Positions 1-9,348 of a DNA stretch of 64,000 bases are shown one piece after another. The stretch comes from an uncultured Planctomycetota bacterium (GTDB lineage Bacteria > Planctomycetota > Planctomycetia > Gemmatales > Gemmataceae), in assembly GCA_963849325.1 (NCBI GenBank), contig CAWKHF010000010.1, positions 288,001 through 352,000 on the forward strand, given 5' to 3'. Below the pieces are notes generated by a model. The model was not told the DNA's origin. It did no database searches and worked only from the letters and a program-made list of their open reading frames with translations. Both the position numbers and the translations under genes were made by a program. Every line of letters starts with the position of its first letter. Position 1 is the first letter of the stretch.

Positions 1-192
1 CACCAGCAAGGCCCCACCGACCGAGAGGAGGAGGATCGGCCCGCCGACCACCGGGACGGATCGTCCGTGCAATTTCCGTCGGCCATCAGGGTTGTCCACC
101 AGGCGCAGTCGCAGGGCGAGGTTCCGAATCCTCGGCGTCACCAGCAAGGACAGGCTGAAACTCACGGCGGCAGCGATGAACAATTCAACCAT
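1..192 (-). CDS. Glycosyltransferase family 4 (WecA/MraY-like undecaprenyl-phosphate GlcNAc-1-P transferase), N-terminal part, runs off window
   Basis: Manual translation from ATG at 192: MVELFIAAAVSFSLSLLVTPRIRNLALRLRLVDNPDGRRKLHGRSVPVVGG, a TM helix followed by the D-P-x-x-RKxH-x-x-x-P-x-x-GG motif of WecA/MraY. Absent from ORF track because it is truncated. Confidence 0.8.
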   Translation of the reverse strand, partial: MVELFIAAAVSFSLSLLVTPRIRNLALRLRLVDNPDGRRKLHGRSVPVVGGPILLLSVGGALLV

Positions 193-733
193 TCTCGATC
201 CCGGGTTCGATTGAGGGCGAGACACTCAAGGGTTGGCGATTACCGCCGCGCTGAGTGTCGGTCAATCATCCTGATCTTCGATCGGATTGCTCCGCATGTC
301 CGTTCGCTGGAGGCCCGAAGTCCGAGCCGGCGGATGGTGGTTCTCCTTTAACCGCGGGCGGCCATCAAACCGTAATTCCGTTTAAGTTGACTCAAAGGTC
401 CGAATCTGCCCAAGTTCGCCAAAGTATACAGGGAATGACACTAACAACATAAGGGCAAAAAGCAAGAAAAAACCAAGGATTGCAGTCATTTTCCCCATCT
501 TCACGGCGGATTCGCTGCTGAGGCAGAGATTGCGAAGCAACTCTTGTTCCTTCTCGTAACAACATGCGGTTATGTGTTCCTACGTTTCTGAGATTAACAT
601 TCGTTAACAGCGGATGATAGCGATGTAAACAATTGTTAACAGGGGACACCCCTTCAATAAGTCGATTACACCTTTCCGCGTGCTTGATAGGATGAGGGTG
701 GATAGAGGCCATCGGTCGGAAGGAGCATTGCGG

Positions 734-1491
734 ATGAAAGACCATGATCGCGAGTTGGCGAGGGCCTTTGACCGGCGAGCGGCGCAGTTCGAGCGGCGCC
801 GGTGCAAAGTGATCCGTCGGCCCTCGCCCAGCTGGTTCAGTTCGCGGATTTTCCCTCGGGGGCGTGGGTGTTGGATGCCGGCTGTGGGCCGGGTCTGGTC
901 GGCGAGGCGCTGCTGCGGACGGGACTGCGCGTCCTGGGTGTCGATCTATCGGCGGAGATGATCGAGCGAGCGCGGCAGCGCTGCGCCTCGTTCGGCGATC
1001 GCGCCTGCTTCGAACAGAAATCGGTCTTCGACGCCTCGCTGATCGGCCCGTTCGACGGAGTGGTGTCGCGCTTCGTCCTCCATCACGCGCCGGACCCAAC
1101 GGCTTTCGTCCGCCGCCAGGTTGAGCTGCTGAGGCCGGGCGGCGTCCTGGTGTCGGCCGACCACACGACGGACCCCGACGCCGCCCGCGCGGCGTGGCAC
1201 CAGGACATCGAGCGCGGCCGCGACCACACGCACACCCGTAACCTCACCCCCGGCGAACTCGTGGATCTGCTGGCCGGCGCCGGCTTGATCGACCTGCGTT
1301 TGATCGAGGCGCCCATTGTCCTGGACTTCGACGAGTGGTTCGATCGCGGGACGCCGGCGGAAACCAAGGAGGCCGTTCGCGCTCGGATGCGGGTCGGGCC
1401 GGCGGCCCGCGGGTTTCAGCCGATGCCGATGGAAAGCGGAGTACGGATTGATGGTTGGCTGGCGTTGGTCCGAGGCGTGAAACCTGGCTGA
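734..1491 (+). CDS. Class I SAM-dependent methyltransferase (frameshift near 795, probably sequencing error)
   Basis: GGAG RBS then ATG at 734 (MKDHDRELARAFDRRAAQFER) joins ORF 802-1491, which has VLDAGCGPG, GVDLSAEMIERAR, FDGVVSRFVLHH and LRPGG motifs. Confidence 0.85.
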
Positions 1492-1629
1492 TGCCAACGA
1501 GCGGCAGCCTCCCGCCGATACATCGCCGTTCCCGAAGAGCGAAAAGATGAGAAATCGAAGATGTTTCGCAGGGCGGAAATATCCTTGACCGCTGCGCAAG
1601 CCTGCGGATAGATAAGGAGAGCCGTGCTA
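992..1629 (+). repeat. Copy 1 of ~640 bp imperfect direct repeat (methyltransferase 3' part plus downstream flank)
   Basis: TCGGCGATCGCGCCTGCTTCGA...GATAAGGAGAGCCGTGCTA recurs at 4987-5623 with scattered substitutions. Confidence 0.9.
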
Positions 1630-1703
1630 GGTCGCGCATCAGCCGCGCTAGGCCGCGCAGACCCTTGCTAGATCGCGCAACAGCCTTGCTGGATCGCGCA
1701 AGC
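1621..1703. repeat. Four imperfect 20-21 bp tandem repeats (GCCnTGCTAGnTCGCGCAnnA-like)
   Basis: Units start at 1621, 1642, 1662 and 1683; no spacers. Confidence 0.6.
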
Positions 1704-1720
1704 GCGCGACCTAAACAGAT

Positions 1721-2348
1721 GTTCGGCGAAGGAGGGCTTCGACGTGGAGGTCTTGATCCGGTCGGCAACCGAAGCAGATCTCGGCGCCGTCCGCGACATC
1801 TACAATTATTACGTCAGTCGCTCCACCTGCACGTTCCAGATCGAGTTGGATACGGAGGCAAAGCGGCTGGCGTGGTTCCGCGACCGCTCACCGTCCCATC
1901 CGGTTATTGTCGCCGAAGTGGCGAGCGCGGTTGTCGGTTGGGCAGCCCTCTCCGCGTGGAACTCGCGCTGCGGTTACTCCCGGACAGTGGAGGCGTCGGT
2001 CTACATTCGCCATGATCTACACCGGCGTGGAGTCGGAATGTCGTTGATGCTCGACCTGATTGAACGAGCGCGTTCAGCCGGCCACCATACAATCATCGGT
2101 GGCGCTTGTACCGAGCAGACCGCGAGCCTGGCTTTGCAAGCGGCGCTGGGGTTTGAGCAGGTGGCGCGCTTTCGGGAGGTGGGGTACAAGTTCGGCCGCT
2201 GGCTCGACGTGGCCTACATGCAGTTATTTCTGGACGGCAAAGATATGCCGAGCAAGACGCTACAGCAGGCCGGCCAGGCGACACAAGGTTAGTCGAGTCA
2301 TCACACGCCAAGCCCGCGTAAGCCGGCTGGTGAGCTTGGTCGGTGGGG
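1721..2348 (+). mobile_element. Putative decayed integron gene cassette (core site GTTCGGC - GNAT ORF - attC-like site)
   Basis: GTTCGGC at 1721 lies just before the RBS and start. Near-complementary GCCGAGC at 2247 opens an imperfect ~100 bp hairpin (GCTACAGCAGGCCGGC ... GCCGGCTGGTGAGC). No integrase in window. Confidence 0.45.
1744..2292 (+). CDS. GNAT N-acetyltransferase, phosphinothricin/methionine-sulfoximine acetyltransferase (Pat/MddA)-like
   Basis: IRSATEADL, IYNYYV..STCTF, TVEASVYI, RRGVG, LGFEQVARFREVGYKFGRWLDVAYMQ motifs; AAGGAGG RBS. Confidence 0.88.
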   Translation: MEVLIRSATEADLGAVRDIYNYYVSRSTCTFQIELDTEAKRLAWFRDRSPSHPVIVAEVASAVVGWAALSAWNSRCGYSRTVEASVYIRHDLHRRGVGMSLMLDLIERARSAGHHTIIGGACTEQTASLALQAALGFEQVARFREVGYKFGRWLDVAYMQLFLDGKDMPSKTLQQAGQATQG

Positions 2349-2357
2349 AGTCTTGTG

Positions 2358-2465
2358 GCGAAAGCCAGGGCGATGTTGGCGAAGCGACTTGCTCGGCACG
2401 ATCTGGCAGTGACAGGCGGCGCTTTGGGAGCGGTGTTGTCCCAGCGGGCGGCGTCGGTCTCTGTG
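2358..2465 (+). pseudogene. Remnant of a paralogous ECF sigma factor gene
   Basis: Translates AKARAMLAKRLARHDLAVTGGALGAVLSQRAASVSV, matching ARARALLAKRLARHGLAVLGGALTEVLSQQAASSCV at ~3220-3327 of the adjacent sigma gene. Confidence 0.7.
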
Positions 2466-2664
2466 CACGACCTCGGGGATGAATTCCACGACCAAGGCCG
2501 TCTGTTCGTTTTCTAGCCGATTGCCGCGGAAAGCATCATGAATCCTCAATGGCGATAGGCCAAACTAACGGTTGAAGTGTTCCGGCGTGCAAAACCGTGG
2601 ATCAAACCGACTGGAGCGGGTAATACCATTGTAGAGGGCGAAGCAGACACGTAAGAGGACTCGG

Positions 2665-4710
2665 ATGGCGACAAGCCAGATGAGTAAGGTCATCCAACAC
2701 CTGCGCAACACCTTGCTGCTGCGTCAAGGGCGGGACCTGACCGATGGACAACTACTGGAGTCATTCGTCAGCTGCCGTGAGCCAGCGGCGCTCGAAGCCC
2801 TCGTGCGCCGCCACGGCCCGATGGTTTGGGGCGTCTGCCGCCGAATCCTCCGCAATCACCACGATGCCGAGGATGCGTTCCAGGCCACCTTCCTCGTCCT
2901 GGTCCGCAAGGCCGCTTCCATTGTGCCCAGAGAAATGGTCGGCAACTGGCTCTACGGAGTGGCCCAGCAGACGGCACTCAAGGCGAGGGCGACGACAGCC
3001 AAGCGGCGGACGAGAGAGCGGCCAGAGACAGAGGCGTCCGAACCCGCCATGACAGAACGAGACTTATCGCAAGACTTGCAACCGCTGCTCGATCAGGAGT
3101 TGAGTCTTCTGCCGGACAAGTACCGAGTCGTAATTGTCTTGTGCGACCTGGAAGGCAAGACTCGCCAGAAAGTGGCCCGACAACTTGGTTGTCCTGAAGG
3201 GACCGTGGCGAGCCGGCTGGCTCGGGCGCGGGCGTTGTTGGCGAAGCGACTTGCTCGGCATGGTCTGGCAGTGTTGGGTGGCGCCCTGACGGAAGTGCTT
3301 TCGCAACAGGCGGCGTCCTCCTGCGTGCCGACTGCGGTGATGAGTTCCACGATCAAGGCCGTGACTCTGGTTGCGGCGGGGCAAGCGGCGACTACCGGCC
3401 TGATCTCGGCCAAGGCAGCTGCTCTCGCAGAAGGAATGGTGAAAACCATGTTGCTGACCAAACTCAAGACGGTGACAGCCGTGCTGCTCGTGCTGGCCAC
3501 ATTCGGATTCGGTGGAGGGCTATACTCGTACCAGCTGGGAGTACAGCAGAGTCCTGCCGTTAAACCGCTCGCTGGAAGCGACAAGGGGCAGAGGGGCAAC
3601 GAGGAAGAAAAAGACCCCGACAGGCAAGCCAAGAAACAGGCCAAACCGAACAAGAACATAGAGGAACAGCAGCTGGAGCAGATACGGGCGGCTGAGGCTA
3701 AGCTACAGGCGGCCGAGGCTGATCTATTGCGGGCCAAGAAAGACGCCATCGCGAAAGAGTTGAAGGCGCTGGAAGGGACGTGGGAAGCTGTCGCTGGCGT
3801 CCGGGATGGGGATAATGTGAATTTCAACGGGGACAAAAAGCTACGGATTACGCTCGGCGCGGATGGAGCGTACACGGTCGAGTGCGGCGGCGAAGTCATC
3901 GCCGGCGGCAAGTGGGATCTGTACCCGTGGCAAAAGCCCAAGGCCGTGGACGATACCACCGCGAACGGCAAGTTAGTCCTCGGCATCTACGAATTGGCGG
4001 GGGACGAATTGCGGTTGTGCCAGGGAATGCCCCACTACAATGGTCCGGTGACGCCCCGAATGGCTCGGCCCACCACATTCTCCTCGAAGCGCGGCAGCAA
4101 GCGCTGGCTTACCACCTTCCGCCGGGAGAAGCCCGAACAGATAGACAAAGGCGTGGAGGGCAAGAGGGTGGACAAGGCGGATGCCGTGGTGTGGGGGAAG
4201 GAGGTCGATGGCCTGCAAGCGGGCGTGGGCCAGCGGCCTGGCAACAACGAAGGCGACGAGGCCAGTGAGACGATACGACTGGTGGTGAAGGTCCGTAATG
4301 TCGGCAAGTTGCCAGTCGCGGTCACATATTCTTCTCAACCCTTCGATGACTTTCCTCCAACGGTACAGAACAAAAGCGGCGAGTTCCTACGGACTTTCAT
4401 GCCCCCATTTGCCCTCTATAAAAGGCGAAATATCGAGGAGACGCTTAAGCCCGGAGAGGAACTCGAATTCGGCAAAAATGAGTCGGCCACAGGCCCGGAC
4501 GAGAAGCTTATCGATCTTCACCCGCCACTACTTGGCGTAGCCGATCCGAAGACCCAACCGAAGCAGCCAGAGGTGGACTTCCCGACCGTATACGCCCCAA
4601 CCGGAGTGTATAAAATCAGCTATAGGGGCTTTATCCATAATCACCCGACGCTCTCAACCGGGGAACTGGGGATCGAAGTCACGACCTGCATAAAGCTACT
4701 GGAGCGCTAA
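2665..4710 (+). CDS. ECF sigma-70 factor with TM helix and C-terminal extension (TIGR03067-like domain plus further domain)
   Basis: TDGQLLESF, RHGPMVWGVCRR, DAEDAFQATFLVL, LPDKYRVVIVLCDLEG, GTVASRLARAR; later ELKALEGTW...GIYELAGDELRLC...RPTTF, typical of planctomycete TIGR03067. Confidence 0.9.
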   Translation: MATSQMSKVIQHLRNTLLLRQGRDLTDGQLLESFVSCREPAALEALVRRHGPMVWGVCRRILRNHHDAEDAFQATFLVLVRKAASIVPREMVGNWLYGVAQQTALKARATTAKRRTRERPETEASEPAMTERDLSQDLQPLLDQELSLLPDKYRVVIVLCDLEGKTRQKVARQLGCPEGTVASRLARARALLAKRLARHGLAVLGGALTEVLSQQAASSCVPTAVMSSTIKAVTLVAAGQAATTGLISAKAAALAEGMVKTMLLTKLKTVTAVLLVLATFGFGGGLYSYQLGVQQSPAVKPLAGSDKGQRGNEEEKDPDRQAKKQAKPNKNIEEQQLEQIRAAEAKLQAAEADLLRAKKDAIAKELKALEGTWEAVAGVRDGDNVNFNGDKKLRITLGADGAYTVECGGEVIAGGKWDLYPWQKPKAVDDTTANGKLVLGIYELAGDELRLCQGMPHYNGPVTPRMARPTTFSSKRGSKRWLTTFRREKPEQIDKGVEGKRVDKADAVVWGKEVDGLQAGVGQRPGNNEGDEASETIRLVVKVRNVGKLPVAVTYSSQPFDDFPPTVQNKSGEFLRTFMPPFALYKRRNIEETLKPGEELEFGKNESATGPDEKLIDLHPPLLGVADPKTQPKQPEVDFPTVYAPTGVYKISYRGFIHNHPTLSTGELGIEVTTCIKLLER

Positions 4711-4928
4711 ACTGCCGCAATTGGGAGCAGGGCCGTCAGCATCAGGTTGAACGGCTTCGCGTACCGCCCGCGTGTAGTGAAAGTGCTTGTCTTGCCCCGG
4801 CCCCAGCCGCGACCGATCTGCTCCTGCGTCGCCAATACCGGGTCACCCATCTTCTTATCGCAATCGACCGCCGACCGCTCCGGCGGCACTGTTGTCACCA
4901 TCCCGCTCCCGACAGAAGGAAAAGGGCG

Positions 4929-4986
4929 TCAGAAAAGGTTTCAGGAACCTTTTTCGATCGAAAAAGGCTCCTGAAACCTTTTCTGA
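4929..4986. repeat. Near-perfect 58 bp palindrome (REP-like, AAAAGGTTTCAGGAACCTTTT family)
   Basis: TCAGAAAAGGTTTCAGGAACCTTTTTCGATCGAAAAAGGCTCCTGAAACCTTTTCTGA is self-complementary except for one pair; it sits exactly at the 5' edge of the methyltransferase duplicate. Confidence 0.85.
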
Positions 4987-5623
4987 TCGGCGATCGCGCC
5001 TGCTTCGAGCAGAAGTCGGTCTTCGACGATTCGCTGATTGGCCCGTTCGATGGAGCGGTATCGCGCTTCGTCCTCCATCACGCGCCGGACCCGGCGGCCT
5101 TCGTTCGCCGCCAGGTTGAACTGCTGCGACCGGGCGGCGTCCTGGTGGCGGCCGACCACACGACGGACCCCGACGCCGCCCGCGCGGCGTGGCACCAGGA
5201 CATCGAGCGCGGACGGGACCACACGCACACCCGCAACCTCACGCCGGGCGAACTCGTGGACCTGCTGGCCGCTGCCGGCTTGATCGACCTGCGTTTGGTC
5301 GAGGCGCCTATTGTTCTGGACTTCGACGAGTGGTTCGACCGAGGCACCCCGGCGGAGACCAAGGAGGCCGTTCGCGCGGATGCTGTCTGGGCCGATGGCC
5401 CGCGGGTTTCAGCCGACGCCGAGAGAAAGCGGAGTGCGGATCGACGGTTGGCTGGCGCTCGTCCGAGGCGTGAAACCCGGGTGATCCCATCGAGCGGCAG
5501 ACCCCCGCGGTTACATCGCCGTTCCCGAGGAGCGAAAAAATGAGAAATCGAAGATGTTTCGCAGGGTCGAGATGTTCCTTGACGGCTGCGCAAGCTTGCG
5601 GATAGATAAGGAGAGCCGTGCTA
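4987..5623 (+). pseudogene. 5'-truncated duplicate of the methyltransferase gene with its downstream flank (copy 2 of direct repeat)
   Basis: Encodes GDRACFEQKSVFDDSLIGPFDGAVSRFVLHH...DFDEWFDRGTPAETKEAVRA; lacks the start and SAM-binding motif I; frame degrades near 5380. Confidence 0.85.
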
Positions 5624-5704
5624 ACATCTCGCGCGAGCGCGCGTGTTCGATAAGCGTTCCACTCGGACGGCGGCAAGCAATTTCAGAAGAGCCTCAAGAC
5701 GCAC

Positions 5705-6015
5705 GCGGCCCAAACGCACCGTCACCTCATCAGCACCCTTCAGCCGCTCGTCCCAAACCACAAGCTCGAACGTGCCGTCGCTCCGTTGCAGCAGCAGTTC
5801 ATGCACGGTGGCCGGCTGCTCCGGGATGGAGTAATGGAGTTGGCCGGGCTTGGCGAGGGAACCCTTATCGGCCAGGGTCGTCGTGAGGTTGTGCAGGTAG
5901 ACGGCGGCTTTGCGCGGCGCGTAGTCCGACTTGAAAAACCCGAAGCTTTGATTGCCACCTTCGTCCGTGCGGTCGCGCAGAAGGTAGACGGCGGTGTAAC
6001 TCCAACCCCGCTTGA
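5705..6015 (-). pseudogene. Fragment of a glycoside-hydrolase-like gene (C-terminal part only)
   Basis: KRGWSYTAVYLLRDRTDEGGNQSFGFFKSDYAPRKAAVYLHNLTTTLAD...VHELLLQRSDGTFELVVWDE is protein-like (end of TIM barrel plus beta domain), has no start, and abuts the stop of the upstream gene. Confidence 0.55.
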
Positions 6016-6026
6016 GCGGACTATCC

Positions 6027-7337
6027 CTACAGAACCTTCCGTGACGGCAGCGCGCGCAGGCCGTTGGCCTCGTCGTCTCCGAGGAACTGCTCCTTGGCCG
6101 GATCCAGATGCAGCTTGCGATTGAGCAACCACGACAGGGCCGCCGCATGGCAGGCGATGTGCGAGCGGCGCATCACCTGCGAGTTGGCTGCCGGACGTCC
6201 ACGCGACTTGACGCAGTCGAAAAAGTTCCGCGCATGGGCCGACACGTCCAGTCCCTTCTCCCGCTTGCCCCCCAGATCCTTCAGCTCCTCTCGGAGCGAA
6301 GCCGGATGCACCTCGATCCCGCCGCTGTCGCCGACCTCGACCCAGCCCTCGTCTCCGACGAACCGCACCGGGCAGGTACCCAGCGATTGCACCCAGCCGG
6401 GACGCTCCTTGAACGGCGTCTTGAGAAAGTCGAGTACGAGTTTGACCCCGTTGGCGTAGCGGGCCGTCACGTTGGTGGCCGACGGCTCGTACTCCACCGG
6501 CATGGTGTCGTCCGCTTTGTTGGCCCACTGGCAGAGATCCACGGTGTGGGCGCCCCAGTCCAGGAGCCGAGCCCCCGAGTCGAAGTCCCAGTAGCCGCGC
6601 CAGCCTCCCTGTACGTATGCCTTGTTGTACGGCCGCCAGGGGGCTGGCCCCAGCCACAGATCCCAGTCCACCACGTCGCGCGGCGGTGTCGGCTCCGCCG
6701 GCAGCCAGGCCGTCTGCACCTGCGGTGTGTACACCGAAGCGTACAGCGTGTGCAGCTTGCCGAGCTTGCCGCTGTGCGCCAGCCGCACGGCCGCCTGGAA
6801 GTTCGCCACGCTGCGACGCTGTGTGCCGGCCTGGAACACGCGCTTCGTCTTGCGAATTGTGTCGTCGAGAGTCTGACACCAGGCGATGGTGAGGCCGCAG
6901 GGCTTCTCGCTGTAAATGTCCTTGCCGGCCCGCGCAGCCAGGATCGACGCCGGCGCGTGCCAGCGGTCGCCGGTGGCGATGAGTACGGCGTCGATGTCGC
7001 GCCGCGCCAGCAACTCGTGGAAGTCGCGGTAGGTCGTGCAGTCCTTGGTCTGGTAGTGGGAGTCCACGAGCTTCTTGCCCGCCTCGCGCCGGCTGGCCTG
7101 CACATCACAGACGGCCAGGCACCGCACGTCGGGCAGCTTGAGAATCGCCTGGAGGTCGTAGGTGCAGCGTGGGCCGAAGCCGATGACACCCAGCGTGATG
7201 CGCTCGGACGGGGCCGTTTTGCCGTCCCGGCCGAGCGCGGCCGCGGGCACGAACCAGGGAGCCGCCAGCGCCGCCCCCGCCGTCGCCGACCGCATCAGCA
7301 CGTCCCGCCGTGTCAGACTATCCTTCGACGTATGCAT
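6027..7337 (-). CDS. Gfo/Idh/MocA family oxidoreductase, Tat-exported
   Basis: GGAGGA RBS; TRRDVLM twin-arginine signal; GVIGFG, DAVLIATGDRWH, YSEKPC, QAGTQRRS, DWGAHTVD. Confidence 0.92.
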   Translation of the reverse strand: MHTSKDSLTRRDVLMRSATAGAALAAPWFVPAAALGRDGKTAPSERITLGVIGFGPRCTYDLQAILKLPDVRCLAVCDVQASRREAGKKLVDSHYQTKDCTTYRDFHELLARRDIDAVLIATGDRWHAPASILAARAGKDIYSEKPCGLTIAWCQTLDDTIRKTKRVFQAGTQRRSVANFQAAVRLAHSGKLGKLHTLYASVYTPQVQTAWLPAEPTPPRDVVDWDLWLGPAPWRPYNKAYVQGGWRGYWDFDSGARLLDWGAHTVDLCQWANKADDTMPVEYEPSATNVTARYANGVKLVLDFLKTPFKERPGWVQSLGTCPVRFVGDEGWVEVGDSGGIEVHPASLREELKDLGGKREKGLDVSAHARNFFDCVKSRGRPAANSQVMRRSHIACHAAALSWLLNRKLHLDPAKEQFLGDDEANGLRALPSRKVL

Positions 7338-7502
7338 GATCGTTTCCTCCGGTCCCCCTGTGCGCTCATTCGACGTGTGGGTCGGTCGGAGCGCCACTTC
7401 TGCTTACGATAATCCCGGCTCCCCATCGCACGCAAGAGAGCAACACCCCATTCGCCCCTTCGAGCGACGTAGTTCCCATCGCTGTCACCCGACCGACGGC
7501 GA

Positions 7503-9296
7503 CTAGCGTAGCATATCCGTCAGCGCTCCGGGCGACCTTACGCCGTCCGTAACGGCGTGGTACGTCGGCGCGTCGGCGGGCAGGAAGGGAGTGAACGGCG
7601 GCATCTCCTCGCGGCCTAGGCGAAGCTCAAGCACGCCCGGCCGGTTGGTCCAGGACGAGCTGTCTTCCAGGGCTTCGTTCAACTCCTCGATGGTGCCCGC
7701 CGAGCCTACCCAGAGGCGGTGAGGGGGACCGAACCCCCGGGCGACCTTGGCCACGGAAATGGGAGAATACCGCGAGCACTCGATCCTCCCCTCGAAGTAG
7801 AGCTGTTGCCGGGTGACACACATGCCGTGCATGCCGTTGTTGAAAACGACGAAGAGAATAGGCAGCTGATGATCGACGGCGGTATGCACCTCGGCGCCGA
7901 GCATCAGGAAGGCACCATCGCCGCAGAAGACCATTGTCCGCGAGCCGCGCGGGGAGCCTATCTGCGCGCCGATGGCCCCGGCGATGGCGTAGCCCATGCC
8001 CCCCATCCCCAGGGCGATCGTGGCGCTGACGTTCGCAGGGATGCGCAGGTAGTGCAGGGCGGCCGCGGCACAGTTGCCGGCGTCGAAGAGCACGTGGCCT
8101 TTCGCGGGCAGGAACGGCTGAAGCATCTCGAGAGCCTGACTCTGTCGCAGATCTCCGGTCATGGGGACCGAGTGCGAACGGCACCTGTCCAGGGGCAGGT
8201 CGGGGGCCAACTCGGGCGTGAAGCGGGTGACGGGCACCGGGACGGGCACTCGGGGAACCACGTAGGCCTGGTCCGCTAACTGATTGAGTTGGTCGAAGAC
8301 GACTCCCGCGTCCGCCTCGATGGACAACGAGGAGCGGACGATGCGGGACACCTCGCCCATGTCGATGTTCACGACGGCCAACCGCTCCGGATGAAGGGCC
8401 TTCTGGATCGGCTGAGCCGTCATCACATTCAGGCCGGTTCCGACCGCGACGATGAGGTCCGCCTGCTCCGCCAGGAACCGATGCGCCGACGGCTCGCCGG
8501 CCACGCCCACGGTTCCCAGGTACAGAGGGTCGTCGTTGGGGAACACCCCCTTACTGGCGAGGGTCGTCGCCGTCCGCACCCCCAGGCGGCGCGCGAACGC
8601 GACGACTGCGGCGGGATTGCTGCACCGGTCCACTCCACTCCCGAGCAGCAGCACGGGTGTCTCGGCCGTGCGGATGGCGTCGAACAGTTTGGCGACCGCA
8701 TCGGCCGGCGCGTACCACAGGCCGTTCAGCTCGTTCAGACGGTCGGGCATCCAGCTGGGTCGTGGGCCGACGTCGCTGTCGAACAGGTCGCGGGGGATCA
8801 GCAGCACGGAGGGACCGGGCCGACCACTCATCGCGGCCGTGACCGCGCAGTCCAGGCACCGCCAGAATTGGCCGGGCTCCGTGATTCGCGCCTGATACTT
8901 GGAGATGGCGGCCCAGAGCCTGTCCGCGTTCACGGATCGACCGATGCCGGAAGAATCTTGAAAGGCGCCTCGACCTTCGAGCCGAGTAGGCGGTTGGCCG
9001 ACGATGGCCAGCATCGGCACCGACTCCGCGAACGCCTCGGCGACGCCCACGGCCAGGTTCATCATCCCGCCACCGGATGTGCTGCAGCAGACCCCCAGAG
9101 TGCGATGCACCCGGGCTCGGCAGTCGGCCATGAAGGCAGCGCCCACTTCGGACTTGGCGCACACGGAGCGGAAGCCCTCGCCGCCCAGCCGATGCACGGC
9201 GTCGTGCAGGTGCTCGATATTGGCGCCGCTGACACCAAACAGGTATCCCAGACCCCAGTCGCGCAAGGTCGTAACCAGAGCTTCTGCCAGTTTCAT
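7503..9296 (-). CDS. Thiamine diphosphate-dependent enzyme (acetolactate-synthase-like acyloin synthase; NzsH/CqsB3/ScyA-type)
   Basis: FGVSGANIE, catalytic Glu in SEVGAAFMAD, STSGGG, ThDP motif GDGAFLM...NNG. Confidence 0.88.
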   Translation of the reverse strand: MKLAEALVTTLRDWGLGYLFGVSGANIEHLHDAVHRLGGEGFRSVCAKSEVGAAFMADCRARVHRTLGVCCSTSGGGMMNLAVGVAEAFAESVPMLAIVGQPPTRLEGRGAFQDSSGIGRSVNADRLWAAISKYQARITEPGQFWRCLDCAVTAAMSGRPGPSVLLIPRDLFDSDVGPRPSWMPDRLNELNGLWYAPADAVAKLFDAIRTAETPVLLLGSGVDRCSNPAAVVAFARRLGVRTATTLASKGVFPNDDPLYLGTVGVAGEPSAHRFLAEQADLIVAVGTGLNVMTAQPIQKALHPERLAVVNIDMGEVSRIVRSSLSIEADAGVVFDQLNQLADQAYVVPRVPVPVPVTRFTPELAPDLPLDRCRSHSVPMTGDLRQSQALEMLQPFLPAKGHVLFDAGNCAAAALHYLRIPANVSATIALGMGGMGYAIAGAIGAQIGSPRGSRTMVFCGDGAFLMLGAEVHTAVDHQLPILFVVFNNGMHGMCVTRQQLYFEGRIECSRYSPISVAKVARGFGPPHRLWVGSAGTIEELNEALEDSSSWTNRPGVLELRLGREEMPPFTPFLPADAPTYHAVTDGVRSPGALTDMLR

Positions 9297-9348
9297 GAGA
9301 GGGCCTTTCCATCGCTTGCCGAATGTGCCGTGTGTCTACTGCTTCCAA

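Noticed and set aside
200-720. AT-rich divergent intergenic region as ncRNA or riboswitch
   Set aside because: Only short palindromes (e.g. AACAATTGTT) are visible; no recognisable RNA family; probably promoter DNA.
1621-1703. Short tandem repeats as a CRISPR array
   Set aside because: Units are adjacent, degenerate and have no spacers; no cas genes.
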